Shown here: positions 1-9,514 of the stretch, in pieces
Numbering within the stretch: the stretch's first letter is position 1
Layout: each line of letters opens with the position of its first letter
Assembly (NCBI GenBank): GCA_963674865.2
Contig: CAXXYE010000009.1
Span: 1,216,001 to 1,280,000 of the forward strand
Source: Candidatus Hydrogenedentota bacterium
GTDB lineage: Bacteria > Hydrogenedentota > Hydrogenedentia > Hydrogenedentales > SLHB01
Direction: 5' to 3'
Length of the DNA: 64,000 nucleotides
Program-made: the position numbers and the translations under genes
Notes under the pieces: generated by a model
What the model was told of the DNA's origin: nothing
The model's database searches: none
What the model saw: only the letters and a program-made list of their open reading frames with translations

Positions 1-955
1 GTTCAACACGGAGCCGGAATCGAACGGCGACCTGCTGATGTATCCGGAGGGAGATCGCAGCGTGCCGGCGAGCGGCCGTATGCCAAGCGGCGGCTGGTAT
101 TTCGACACGATCATTCGTCAGCCGCCGATTGATGACGCTTGCCTGGACCCCGAGGAGAACCTCGAAGAGTTCGGCCCTATCACGGATGAGGAGCTGGCGC
201 ATTTCGAGTCCGAGGCGGCGCGGCTCTACCGTGAGACGGATAAGGCGATCTTGGCGAACTTCGGCGGGACGGCCTTCGGTGACATTGCGCTCGTGCCTGC
301 GCCGTGGCTGAAGCACCCCCGGGGCATTCGGGACATCGCCGAGTGGTACACGAGCACGCTGACGCGGCGGGACTATGTCTACACCGTGTTCGAGCGCCAG
401 TGCGCGATCGCCTTGGCAAACTTGGAGAGGATCTACGGCGTGGTGGGAGATAAAGTGGCGGCGGTCTTTGTCACCGGCACCGATTTCGGTGCGCAGCACG
501 GGCCGTTCATCTCCCCGGACGCCTACCGCGACCTATACCTCCCCTTCCATAAGGCCGTGAATGATTGGATACACGCCCATACGCCGTGGAAGACGTTCAT
601 CCATACGTGCGGATCGGTGCGGGTCTTGATCCCGCAGCTCATCGAGGCCGGCTTTGACATCCTGAATCCGGTACAGTGCTCGGCGGCGGATATGGATCCC
701 GGCGCGTTGAAAACGGCGTTTGGCGAACGGCTGACGTTCTGGGGCGGCGGCGTTGACACGCAGCATACGCTGCCTTTCGGCACGGCCGACGAGGTCCGCG
801 CGGAGGTCTGCGAACGCATCCGAATCTTCGCGCCGGGCGGCGGATTCGTCTTCAACACGATTCACAATGTGCAGTCCGGGATACCGGTGGAGAATCTCCT
901 GGCGCTGTACGACACGGTTCGGAAGGAAGGTGCGTATCCCGTCGCTCCGGCATGA
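1..955 (+). CDS. Uroporphyrinogen decarboxylase/MtaA-CmuA methyltransferase family protein (5'-partial)
   Basis: Frame open from base 2; motifs GTDFGAQHG, FIHTCGS, DILNPVQCSA, FWGGGVDTQ, GGFVFNTIHNVQ typical of the UroD-like TIM barrel. Confidence 0.9.
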   Translation, partial: FNTEPESNGDLLMYPEGDRSVPASGRMPSGGWYFDTIIRQPPIDDACLDPEENLEEFGPITDEELAHFESEAARLYRETDKAILANFGGTAFGDIALVPAPWLKHPRGIRDIAEWYTSTLTRRDYVYTVFERQCAIALANLERIYGVVGDKVAAVFVTGTDFGAQHGPFISPDAYRDLYLPFHKAVNDWIHAHTPWKTFIHTCGSVRVLIPQLIEAGFDILNPVQCSAADMDPGALKTAFGERLTFWGGGVDTQHTLPFGTADEVRAEVCERIRIFAPGGGFVFNTIHNVQSGIPVENLLALYDTVRKEGAYPVAPA

Positions 956-1087
956 CAAGCGTCAAGGGGCACGGCGTTCCTGAGAACTCGCGTGAGGCCA
1001 GAATCCGCTCCTAAGCGTGGTCCTGCATATTCCCGCGATTAGCGCGGAACCTGCCCGGCTTACGTGCGGATTTGGGTGACGTGAACG

Positions 1088-2071
1088 CTATTGGCTTTTT
1101 AGGGCCTTCAGGGCGAGGTCATGGAGTGGCCCGCCGTTCGACGCGAGGACGCCACGGTTGGCGGCGAGGGTGCGGCCGCGGGTGAAGTCGAGGGCCGCCC
1201 CCGCGAGGTCCGTGATGCGCCCGCCCGCTTCTTCGAGAATGATGGAGCCGGCGGCCTGATCCCAGATCTTCTCACGGTAGTCCGGCTGCTTAGCGGAAAG
1301 CAGGCGGAATAGCAGATCGCCGTATCCCGCGGCCAGGACGCCGTACTTGGCTTGGCTGTCCATGCGGACGGGGTCGCCTCGGACGCCCATCGCTTCGAGG
1401 ATGACATCGAGCTGGTTTGTGTTGGTGTGGGCCGCTTCGAACGAGCGCATCACGCGCGCCGGGGCCGGCTCCCGGCAATCGGAAACGCGAAGCGGCACGA
1501 AGGTGTCCTCTCCGGCGAGGGGCGTTGCCCACGTGCCTTGGCCCCGGACGGCGACGATTATTGCACCGCCGCCGCGCATCCCGGGACGGCACTCCTCATC
1601 GAGGTTGGGGCATCCGAGCACGCCGAGTTCGACTTGGCCGTCGACGAGGTACGCGAGGGCGACCGCGTACTGATCGCCGCGGATGAATCCTTTGGTGCCG
1701 TCCACGGGATCAAGCGTCCAGAAGCGCTCCGTGGGCTCAGAGCCACCGTGGTCGATCCAGTCGCAAACCGCCTCGGGCGTGGCGTCCGGGCAGACCCGCT
1801 TCACGAAATCCGCGACGGCCTCGAGGGTGGCCGCATTGGCGGCTGCGCGCAAGGCGGCCGCGTCTTCCTCGGCGACAAGGATATCGGAGGGGAATGCGTC
1901 GGCAAGCAGACGTCCCACGACGGCCTGAGCGCTGAAATCGGCGACGGTGACGGGGGATCGATCATCCTTGGTTAAGGCGTCCACGGACTGCACCATCTGC
2001 GTAACCTGCGCGGCCTTCCGCACAGCCTCAAGGGCAAATTGAGTTCTCGGATCGGATATATCGAAGGACAT
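1088..2071 (-). CDS. 3'(2'),5'-bisphosphate nucleotidase, HAL2-like (inositol monophosphatase family)
   Basis: KDDRSPVTVADF, AEED, WTLDPVDGTKGF, SQAKY, YREKIWDQAAG; start at MSFDIS behind GGAGGT RBS. Confidence 0.9.
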   Translation of the reverse strand: MSFDISDPRTQFALEAVRKAAQVTQMVQSVDALTKDDRSPVTVADFSAQAVVGRLLADAFPSDILVAEEDAAALRAAANAATLEAVADFVKRVCPDATPEAVCDWIDHGGSEPTERFWTLDPVDGTKGFIRGDQYAVALAYLVDGQVELGVLGCPNLDEECRPGMRGGGAIIVAVRGQGTWATPLAGEDTFVPLRVSDCREPAPARVMRSFEAAHTNTNQLDVILEAMGVRGDPVRMDSQAKYGVLAAGYGDLLFRLLSAKQPDYREKIWDQAAGSIILEEAGGRITDLAGAALDFTRGRTLAANRGVLASNGGPLHDLALKALKSQ

Positions 2072-2334
2072 GAAAAACCTCCATGAAATAGCGGAATAGG
2101 TTCGGAAACCGACGTATTTTACGCGATTCCGGGCTCGAAAGACAGTGTTCCTGGCCTGCGTACGAAGGAGTAAGCTGCGGCGGCCCCGGTTGCCTTTCCG
2201 AGGGCCTTGGACTATCCTCGAATCATGCGTCTTCGCCATGATACCTGCGTGAGAGCCTGCAAGCAGCCCGCCACGCGTAGTGGGAGGGTGACGAAAGAGG
2301 TTAGGGCCGCCTGAGCGGCCGGGGAATCCGGAGA

Positions 2335-3024
2335 ATGTCGCTCAAGATACTCGTGGTTGAGGACGAGCCGGCTATCGCCGACACGATCACCTATGCCTTG
2401 CGCACGGAAGGCTTTGAGGTTGTCTGGTGTGCCACGGGCGAGGAAGCGCTGCGTGTCCTGGAGGGGGACGACATCAGCCTGGTGGTGCTGGACGTGGGGC
2501 TGCCGGACTGCAACGGGTTCGACGTCTGCAAGGACATCCGCAAGACCTCCGGCGTGCCGATTATCTTTCTCACGGCGCGCACAGATGAAATCGATCGCGT
2601 GGTGGGGCTCGAGATCGGGGGGGATGACTACGTACCGAAGCCCTTCAGCCCGCGGGAGCTTGCCGCGCGAGTCAAGGCGGTTCTGCGGCGGTACTCGATG
2701 CCGGATGCGGGCGGGGGGGAGGATGGTGCGGCCTCGCCGTTCGTCGTCGACAAACACCGGATGAGGATTGCGTATTTCGGCGAGGCGCTCGAGCTTTCGC
2801 GCTATGAGTACCGGATTCTCGAGGTGCTGATACGCCGTCCCGGCTGGGTTTATTCGCGGGAGAAGCTGATGGAGCTGGCGTGGGAAGCGCCGGAAGCGAG
2901 CATGGAGCGGACGGTGGATACGCACATCAAGACGATCCGCGCCAAGCTGCGGGAGATCCGGCCCGATATCGATCCGATTCGGACGCACCGCGGGGTGGGC
3001 TATTCGCTGGGAGAATCATGCTAA
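2335..3024 (+). CDS. creB: OmpR-family response regulator CreB
   Basis: REC (LVVEDE, LDVGLPD) plus winged helix (RTVDTHIKTIRAKL, THRGVGY); upstream of creC/creD-like genes. Confidence 0.85.
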   Translation: MSLKILVVEDEPAIADTITYALRTEGFEVVWCATGEEALRVLEGDDISLVVLDVGLPDCNGFDVCKDIRKTSGVPIIFLTARTDEIDRVVGLEIGGDDYVPKPFSPRELAARVKAVLRRYSMPDAGGGEDGAASPFVVDKHRMRIAYFGEALELSRYEYRILEVLIRRPGWVYSREKLMELAWEAPEASMERTVDTHIKTIRAKLREIRPDIDPIRTHRGVGYSLGESC

Positions 3025-4466
3025 CCATCCGGACACGCCTAGTGGTGGCCTTCCTGGCGCTGGTTGGACTGGGATTCTATGCCCTCACCGACTGGATCCT
3101 GGATGACTTGCGGCCGCGGTACCTGGAGGCCATGGAAGAATCCATGGTGGACACAGCCACCTTGCTCTCCTCGCTGGTTGCGAGTCAGATGAAGTCGGAG
3201 GGTATCGACGCGGGGGACTTGCGGCCGGCCTTTGATGCTGCCCGTAGGAGGCGATTCGCCGCGAGAATCTACGACATGACGAAGACACACCTTGAGATGC
3301 GCGTCTACATCACGGATCGCCAAGGTGTCGTAATCTTCGACTCGGACGACGGCCGGGACGAAGGCAAGGATTACTCGCGCTGGAACGATGTGTTTCGCAC
3401 GCTCAAGGGCGAATACGGGGCGCGGACGACGCGTGTCCAGCCGGACGACCCGACCTCGGAGATCCTCTATGTGGCCTCGCCGATTGAGGTCGACGGGGAT
3501 ATTGTCGGAGTGCTGACGGTGTGCAAGCCGTCCGGAAGCGTGCACCTGTTTCTGGAGGCGGCGAGGACGGAGATCTCGGTGGCGGGCATTATCGCCGCGG
3601 TGGCGGTTGTCGGCCTCGGTGTGGTGTTGTCGATTTGGGTGACGCATCCGATAGAGCAACTGACGCACCATGTGCAGGCAGTTCGCGACGGTAAACGCGT
3701 GGCCGCGCCGCGACTGGGCGGCGAGATCGGCGTGCTCGGGTCGGCGCTTGAGGAGATGCGGACCGCGCTCGAGGGTAAGCAATACATCGAGGAATACGTG
3801 CAGACGTTGACGCACCAGATGAAAAGCCCGCTGTCTGCGATTCGAGGGGCCGCCGAATTGCTCGAAGAGGATATGCCGTCCGAGCAGCGGCGGCAATTCC
3901 TCGAAAACCTGCGCTCCGAGTCGGGCCGCATCCAGGATCTTGTCGAGCGCCTGCTCCAGCTTTCCTCCCTCGAGAACAGGAAGGCATTGCGCGATGTCGA
4001 GGAGATCGATGTCGGAAACCTGCTGGCGGAGGCCGTCGCGGGACTGGCGTCCGTGCTCTCGGGCCGGAAGGTGCAGATCTTTCCCACCTCGGGGCCACCG
4101 GTTGTCATCAAGGGTGAGCGGTTTCTCGTGCGGCAGGCCGTGACGAATCTGCTCCAGAATGCCGTGGACTTCAGCGAACCGGACGGCGCGGTAACGATAG
4201 CCGCTGAGCAGCGGAACGGCGAGGTCGAGATCCGCGTCTTGGATGACGGCCCCGGCGTGCCGGAATACGCATTGGACAAGGTGTTCGAGCGATTCTACTC
4301 GCTGCGTCGGCCCGCCACCGGCAAGACAAGCTCCGGGCTGGGACTTGCCTTTGTCAAGGAAGTGGCGACATTGCACGGAGGGCGCGCCGCGCTCGAGAAT
4401 CGTCCTGAGGGCGGCGCCAAAGCCACATTGGTGCTGCCCGTAGAGCCGGAAAGCCGTCTTGCCTGA
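3018..4466 (+). CDS. creC: Sensor histidine kinase CreC
   Basis: TM, CreC-type periplasmic domain (DYSRWNDVFRTLKGEYGARTTR), TM, HAMP, HisKA (LTHQMKSP), HATPase (NLLQNAVDFS, DDGPG, FERFYSL, GLGL). Confidence 0.88.
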   Translation: MLTIRTRLVVAFLALVGLGFYALTDWILDDLRPRYLEAMEESMVDTATLLSSLVASQMKSEGIDAGDLRPAFDAARRRRFAARIYDMTKTHLEMRVYITDRQGVVIFDSDDGRDEGKDYSRWNDVFRTLKGEYGARTTRVQPDDPTSEILYVASPIEVDGDIVGVLTVCKPSGSVHLFLEAARTEISVAGIIAAVAVVGLGVVLSIWVTHPIEQLTHHVQAVRDGKRVAAPRLGGEIGVLGSALEEMRTALEGKQYIEEYVQTLTHQMKSPLSAIRGAAELLEEDMPSEQRRQFLENLRSESGRIQDLVERLLQLSSLENRKALRDVEEIDVGNLLAEAVAGLASVLSGRKVQIFPTSGPPVVIKGERFLVRQAVTNLLQNAVDFSEPDGAVTIAAEQRNGEVEIRVLDDGPGVPEYALDKVFERFYSLRRPATGKTSSGLGLAFVKEVATLHGGRAALENRPEGGAKATLVLPVEPESRLA

Positions 4467-4571
4467 GGCGCCTGAGCCGGAGTTCCCTCCGGCCCCCTCC
4501 TGCAGTTCAGCGGGCTGACGAACGGTACTACTGCGCATCTCAACCACTGCGCGTCTCCCACGATTGCTGAT

Positions 4572-4609
4572 TTCACGTCGATTTCACGCGCGGTTCAACC
4601 TCCTTTCAC
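4572..4609 (+). promoter_or_regulatory. Fourfold cre-tag (putative CreB operator)
   Basis: TTCAC-gtcgat-TTCAC-gcgcgg-TTCAA-cctcct-TTCAC, exact 11-bp period, matching the TTCAC-N6-TTCAC cre/blr-tag, about 85 bp upstream of the operon containing creD. Confidence 0.85.
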
Positions 4610-4692
4610 GTCCCTTGCGTATCGTTGTGTCAGGCGTTTGGGCAAGTTGCCGCGCCCCTCGAACGATGGGCGGTAGGAAGGAGGGCGGAAAG

Positions 4693-6354
4693 ATGAGATG
4701 CGCGATCCTGGCGGTTGTTTCGTTGGCTATCTCCGCCGCGGCATTCGGACAGGAGGCGGTGTCGCTACCGTGGAGTGAGTTCAAGAACCTGTACCGGGAG
4801 AGTATCGAGCGGGCGGTTCTTGAGCGCGTGCTTGAGGAAAAGCCGCAAGTCCCCCCACAAGTTCATTCGGTTGACGGGGCGCACTACCGGTTGGTAGTGG
4901 ATGGGGAGACGGCCTTGTGCGAGGTTCTGCTATCGGGTGCGCTCGTGTCCGGAGGGCCGGCGCCGATTCCGCTATTCGATGACGCGGTGGTAGTCGTGGA
5001 CACGCCTCGCGTGACGGGCGGCATCTTGATCCAGGGCGCTGGTGACGCACAGGTTGCCTTTCTTCCCGATGGCACAAGCAAGTCCTTTGAGATCGCGGTG
5101 CATCTTCTTGTCCGGGCCCGGGAAGATGAGCGGGCGAGCGTCTTCTCCTTCGGCATCCCGCAGGCCGTTAGAAACTCGCTCGAGCTGCACCTGCCGGCTG
5201 GGTGCCGGCTCACAGAGGAGCCAGGCATCCTTGACGCCGCGGGGGCCTACCACTTTGCGGGCGCGCCCTACTTGAGAGTCGCCTACATTGACAGCAGCGG
5301 CGTCGGGGCGGCAACCGCTGTCGAGATTGATACTCTTTCGCGTTTCGTCGTCCAGAAGAATCGAGTGTTGATGACCACCTCCTTCCTGCCGGTGCGTCCA
5401 CTTCCTGACGCTCTCATCCTCATGCTCCCTGAGGGTGCCGCATATGTCGCTTCGTCCCTGAAGACCTCGTGGATCACCAAGTTGGACGAGGGGCATTACG
5501 AATTGCGCATCCCGGCGGCGGAGCAGAGCGTCTTCTCGCTTGACCTCGAGGTGGCGACCTCGAGTGACGACGGCGAGGTGAGGGCCTCGCTCCCGCGAAT
5601 CGAAGGCAATACGGGACAGCAGGGACGCTTCATCCTAGAGCAGCCGGATGACGGGGAGGTAGGGGTGGCCGCCGAGGAACTCGTCTCGCCCATTCCTGTG
5701 AAACAGCTAGGCCTGCTCCAGCCCGAGGCAAAGGGGAGCCATGCTTTCATGCAGATTCCGGCCGACGGAGAGGTCCGTCTGAGCATCCGGCGCTTTCACG
5801 CGGTGCCGACGCCAACCACGGTGCTTGACTGCCAGTACCTCTACAGCTCCTTCGAGGAGAACGGGAATGTTCTGTCCGTGCTTGTCATGGATGTCCCGCC
5901 GGAGGTGGGAGCGCGAATGACGCTTGAGGCGGTGCCTGATGCGTCTATCTGGTCGCTGACGGTGAACGGGGCGAAGCGGCAAGTCTATGCGGGGGAAAAC
6001 GATACGTGGGTCGTGCCGCTGGAGCAGGCGGCGGTCTCGCACGTTGAGTTGGCGTTTCTCAGGGCCGGGCCGCGGCTGGGATTGCACGGGCGGCTCGAAA
6101 CGCTGATGCCGGCCACCGGCTTGCCTTCGGAGGAAATACGCGTGGGTGTAGCGCTTCCCGAGCGCGTCGAGCTTCTCTCGGCCGAGGGGCCGGTAAACGC
6201 GGCCGCGGGGGGCGTCTGGGATCTGCCGGAAGAATTCGCAGGCAAGCCGTATCTCTTCTCGCGCTCCTATTACGGCGGCGAAGGCATGCGCTTGGCGCTG
6301 ATGTACAAGGAACCCGTGCGCAGCGGGGCAGAGCAGGGAGGGCTTATGCAATGA
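4693..6354 (+). CDS. Hypothetical exported protein (553 aa), coupled to creD
   Basis: Signal peptide MRCAILAVVSLAISAAAFG, RBS GGAGG, beta-rich; ATGA overlap with creD. Confidence 0.8.
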   Translation: MRCAILAVVSLAISAAAFGQEAVSLPWSEFKNLYRESIERAVLERVLEEKPQVPPQVHSVDGAHYRLVVDGETALCEVLLSGALVSGGPAPIPLFDDAVVVVDTPRVTGGILIQGAGDAQVAFLPDGTSKSFEIAVHLLVRAREDERASVFSFGIPQAVRNSLELHLPAGCRLTEEPGILDAAGAYHFAGAPYLRVAYIDSSGVGAATAVEIDTLSRFVVQKNRVLMTTSFLPVRPLPDALILMLPEGAAYVASSLKTSWITKLDEGHYELRIPAAEQSVFSLDLEVATSSDDGEVRASLPRIEGNTGQQGRFILEQPDDGEVGVAAEELVSPIPVKQLGLLQPEAKGSHAFMQIPADGEVRLSIRRFHAVPTPTTVLDCQYLYSSFEENGNVLSVLVMDVPPEVGARMTLEAVPDASIWSLTVNGAKRQVYAGENDTWVVPLEQAAVSHVELAFLRAGPRLGLHGRLETLMPATGLPSEEIRVGVALPERVELLSAEGPVNAAAGGVWDLPEEFAGKPYLFSRSYYGGEGMRLALMYKEPVRSGAEQGGLMQ

Positions 6355-7604
6355 GCGTGCGTAGACTCTTGGCGATTGGATGCATTTTCGCAGCGGCAGC
6401 CGGGGGCTGGTGGATCTTGGGCGGTGCGACGGCAGTGAGGTCGTCGGAATTCGGTAGCCGCCTGGGCGAGGAGGTCCAGCGGCTCTGGGGCGTTCCTCTC
6501 GTGCAGCAGGCGCCGTCGCTATCCGTTGAGATACCGGGGAGCGAACGTGTGCGGTGGATCATGCCGGCGGAGAACAAGGTGCGTGTCGCTTTGCAAGCGG
6601 ACCACCGCAAGAAGGGGCTCATGTGGTATCCAACTTACACGTGTGCCTTCGACGGGACCTATGTCGTCTCCAATCCGGAAGAGGTCACGCAGAAGGTGCG
6701 CATGCATTTCGACTTTCCGGCCAAGGGCGGTACCTACGATGAATTCGCCCTTTATGTAAACGACGAGAAGGTGATGTGTCCTGTCGATACGCGCGAAGGG
6801 GTGGGCGAGATCGCCGAACTCGGCCCCGGAGAAAGGGCGGCGTTCCGCATCACGTACAAGACGCGCGGCATGCGCGAGTGGCGTTACGGCATGGATCCCA
6901 GAGTCGCTCGCGTGCAGAACCTGGACTTGGCCGTTGACACCGGCTTTCGGGATGTTGACTACCCGGACGGATGTCGATCCCCCGTGTCGTCCGAGGCGAC
7001 GGACAACGGCATGCGCCTCACGTGGCAGGCCACCGACCTGATCACGAAGCAGGATATTGGCATAACCATCCCAGAGAAGCTGAATCCGGGGCCGTTGACC
7101 TCCAGAATCACTTTCTTCGCGCCGGTTTGCCTCCTGTTCTTCTTCGTACTCGTCGGAACCATGCAAATCTTGCACAAGGTCAATATCCACCCCATGCATT
7201 ACTTGTTCGTGGCGGCCGGCTTCTTCGCGTTTCATTTGCTACTGGCCTACATGGCGGGGATTGTCAACATCCATGTCGCTTTTGTGATATCCGCGCTAGT
7301 GTCCGTAGGACTTGTGACGAGCTATCTGTCCGCGGCCCTTCGTGGTCGATTCCCTTGGAAGTTGGCCGTTGCGGGCCAGGTGTTCTTCCTCGTGTTGTTC
7401 TCCTACACCTTCTTCCTGAAGGGGATCACGGGCTTATCCGTGGCCATCGGCTCGGTGGTGACGCTCGCCGTGTTGATGAAGGCGACCGCGCAGGTCGAGT
7501 GGGATGATGTCTTTCGGAGGGGCGCAGGGGGCGTTGTACGGACTTCGCCGCCACCCATGGCAGGGGCTGCTGCTTCCGCCGTGCCGGGCCAGCACGAAGG
7601 CTAG
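6351..7604 (+). CDS. creD: CreD-family inner membrane protein
   Basis: N-terminal TM, periplasmic domain, six C-terminal TMs with IHPMHYLFVAAGFFAFHLLLAY; creBC context. Confidence 0.8.
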   Translation: MSVRRLLAIGCIFAAAAGGWWILGGATAVRSSEFGSRLGEEVQRLWGVPLVQQAPSLSVEIPGSERVRWIMPAENKVRVALQADHRKKGLMWYPTYTCAFDGTYVVSNPEEVTQKVRMHFDFPAKGGTYDEFALYVNDEKVMCPVDTREGVGEIAELGPGERAAFRITYKTRGMREWRYGMDPRVARVQNLDLAVDTGFRDVDYPDGCRSPVSSEATDNGMRLTWQATDLITKQDIGITIPEKLNPGPLTSRITFFAPVCLLFFFVLVGTMQILHKVNIHPMHYLFVAAGFFAFHLLLAYMAGIVNIHVAFVISALVSVGLVTSYLSAALRGRFPWKLAVAGQVFFLVLFSYTFFLKGITGLSVAIGSVVTLAVLMKATAQVEWDDVFRRGAGGVVRTSPPPMAGAAASAVPGQHEG

Positions 7605-7683
7605 ACAGTCTGTGGGGAAAACTGGCCCACGTCTCCAACCCATAGCTGACTATGCCGCGCCGGGGGGATATGCCGCTGGGCAC

Positions 7684-7713
7684 TCGCTGAGATGCAATCC
7701 AGCATCTCAGCGA
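7684..7713. terminator. 12-bp stem-loop downstream of creD
   Basis: TCGCTGAGATGC-aatcca-GCATCTCAGCGA; no clear U-tract. Confidence 0.45.
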
Positions 7714-7774
7714 ATGCCTGTTGCTTGTCGTGTGGAACGTGAGGAGGCAAACCTAGCTACGGTTTGTGTTTTAG

Positions 7775-9514
7775 GTGTTCGGAGGATATAACAATGGCCG
7801 TGTGAGCTATGAGAGTACAAGGGAGGGCGCGGGATTGCTCCGCGGGCTATTGGTTTCGGAGAAGGGTGGCCGCACGGTACGTGTGCCGGTCGAGGATGTG
7901 CTCGTCGTGGGCCGAAGCCAATCGTGCGGCCTTCCGGTAGATGACCCCGGCGCGTCACGGGAACACGTCAAGATAACGGTGCGGGAGGGGCGGTTCCTTT
8001 GGGAGGACCTGGGCAGCACAAACGGCACGCTCGTGAATGGCGCGGCCATGCTCAATGGCGAGTTGCGGCCTGGGGATTCGCTCCAGATTGGCGATACGGT
8101 ACTGCGATTCGAGGCCGAAGACACACCTGCGCAGGCCGCCACGCCGGATACGACCCTCTTCAAACAGACTATCGTGGACCAGACGGGCCGGGCCTCGGCG
8201 GCCGAGGCCGAAGGCAAGACGGCGACACTTCTTCACGCTTTTTGCAGTGTCATGAAGGAGATCGCGTCGAACTACGAGACGTGTAGTCTTGTCGAGAGCA
8301 TTCTGGGGACGACCATGCGGGCTATCAATGCCCAAAGGGGCGCCATCTTCTTTGCCGGGCGTTCCGAGCCCGAACTGCTTCCCTGCCCCGTATGCAACCA
8401 GGTGCATATGATCGAGAATGGCCAATTGCGCCATGCGGGCCCCGGTGAGATTCGTATAAGCAACACAGTCGCCCAACGCGTACTCAGCAATGGCGAGAGC
8501 GTGCTCTTCAAGGACACGGCCGAGGCCGGCGACTTGGGCGCCGCCGAAAGCATCATGTCGCTGCAACTGCGGTCGATCATCTGCGTGCCTGTGCGCGGGA
8601 AATTCGGGATACTTGGAATCCTCTATATCGACAGCAACCGGCCGGGCGTGCATTACTCGAATGACGACATGCTTCTGAGCACGGCCGTTGGTAACAGTGC
8701 GGGACTGGCGCTCGAGAATGCCACATTGCACCAGCGGATCCTTGACACCCAACGAACGGAGCAGGAGATTGCCCACGCGGGGATCATTCAGGAAGGCTTT
8801 CTGTTCAAAGACTGGCCGGAGGGTGAGGCGCATTACGAAGTGCATGGCGAGACGCGCCCGGCCAAGATCGTCGGGGGGGATTTCTACGACTTCGTGCAGC
8901 CTGCGCCGGGAAGGATCGGCATCCTTGTAGGGGACGTGAGTGGGAAGGGAGTGCCTGCGGCGTTGACGATGGCGCAATTGCTGGCGGAGTTCCGGCTTTG
9001 CGCACGAGGCGATGCGGCACCCGCCGAGGTACTCCGGGCGTTGAACGCGGGATTCGTGCGCCGGAGCCAGCGAGGCACGTTCTGCACGATGTGCTATCTC
9101 ACGCTGGACCTCGCCGATGGCCGCGCCCGGTGCGCGAATGCAGGCCATCTTCCCGTCATTCGAGTCGGCGCGTCAGGCGCGCACGCTTGTGGCGAAGCGA
9201 CCGGACCTCCCTTGGGTATCCTGGCCGATGCCGACTGGTCGGAGACCGACGCGCAGGTCGCGGCGGGCGAGACGCTTGTCCTGTGCAGCGACGGCGTCGT
9301 CGAAGCGCGTGCGGCCAAGTCCGAAGGGGGCGGAGATGGCGAGCCTGCGTATGAAGAGTACGGCATTGAGCGGCTGTGTGCCCGAGCGCACACCTCGCAT
9401 GATCAATCGCCGCACGCATTGATAAGCGCAGTGCAGGCGGACGTGGCGCGGCATTGCGCTCCGCTGGTTCCGCATGACGACTGGACAATGGTGGCGTTGA
9501 GGTATAAGGGCTGA
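7775..9514 (+). CDS. FHA-GAF-PP2C (SpoIIE/RsbU-type) serine phosphatase
   Basis: FHA (GR, SREH, STNGTLVNG), GAF (LRSIICVP, GILYIDS), PP2C (GGDFYDF, GDVSGKG, SDGVVEA, HDD); start uncertain (7775 or GTG 7802). Confidence 0.9.
   Translation: MFGGYNNGRVSYESTREGAGLLRGLLVSEKGGRTVRVPVEDVLVVGRSQSCGLPVDDPGASREHVKITVREGRFLWEDLGSTNGTLVNGAAMLNGELRPGDSLQIGDTVLRFEAEDTPAQAATPDTTLFKQTIVDQTGRASAAEAEGKTATLLHAFCSVMKEIASNYETCSLVESILGTTMRAINAQRGAIFFAGRSEPELLPCPVCNQVHMIENGQLRHAGPGEIRISNTVAQRVLSNGESVLFKDTAEAGDLGAAESIMSLQLRSIICVPVRGKFGILGILYIDSNRPGVHYSNDDMLLSTAVGNSAGLALENATLHQRILDTQRTEQEIAHAGIIQEGFLFKDWPEGEAHYEVHGETRPAKIVGGDFYDFVQPAPGRIGILVGDVSGKGVPAALTMAQLLAEFRLCARGDAAPAEVLRALNAGFVRRSQRGTFCTMCYLTLDLADGRARCANAGHLPVIRVGASGAHACGEATGPPLGILADADWSETDAQVAAGETLVLCSDGVVEARAAKSEGGGDGEPAYEEYGIERLCARAHTSHDQSPHALISAVQADVARHCAPLVPHDDWTMVALRYKG

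Noticed and set aside
3039..4547. 502-aa minus-strand ORF (likewise 7955-9148, 11950-13068, 19157-20212, 28175-29263, 34803-35972, 37479-38624, 49256-50095)
   Set aside because: Antisense or off-frame shadows of well-supported genes, common at high GC; no motifs.
7746..7770. GGCAAACC...GGTTTG resembling a c-di-GMP-I riboswitch
   Set aside because: Lacks the GNRA loop and second stem.
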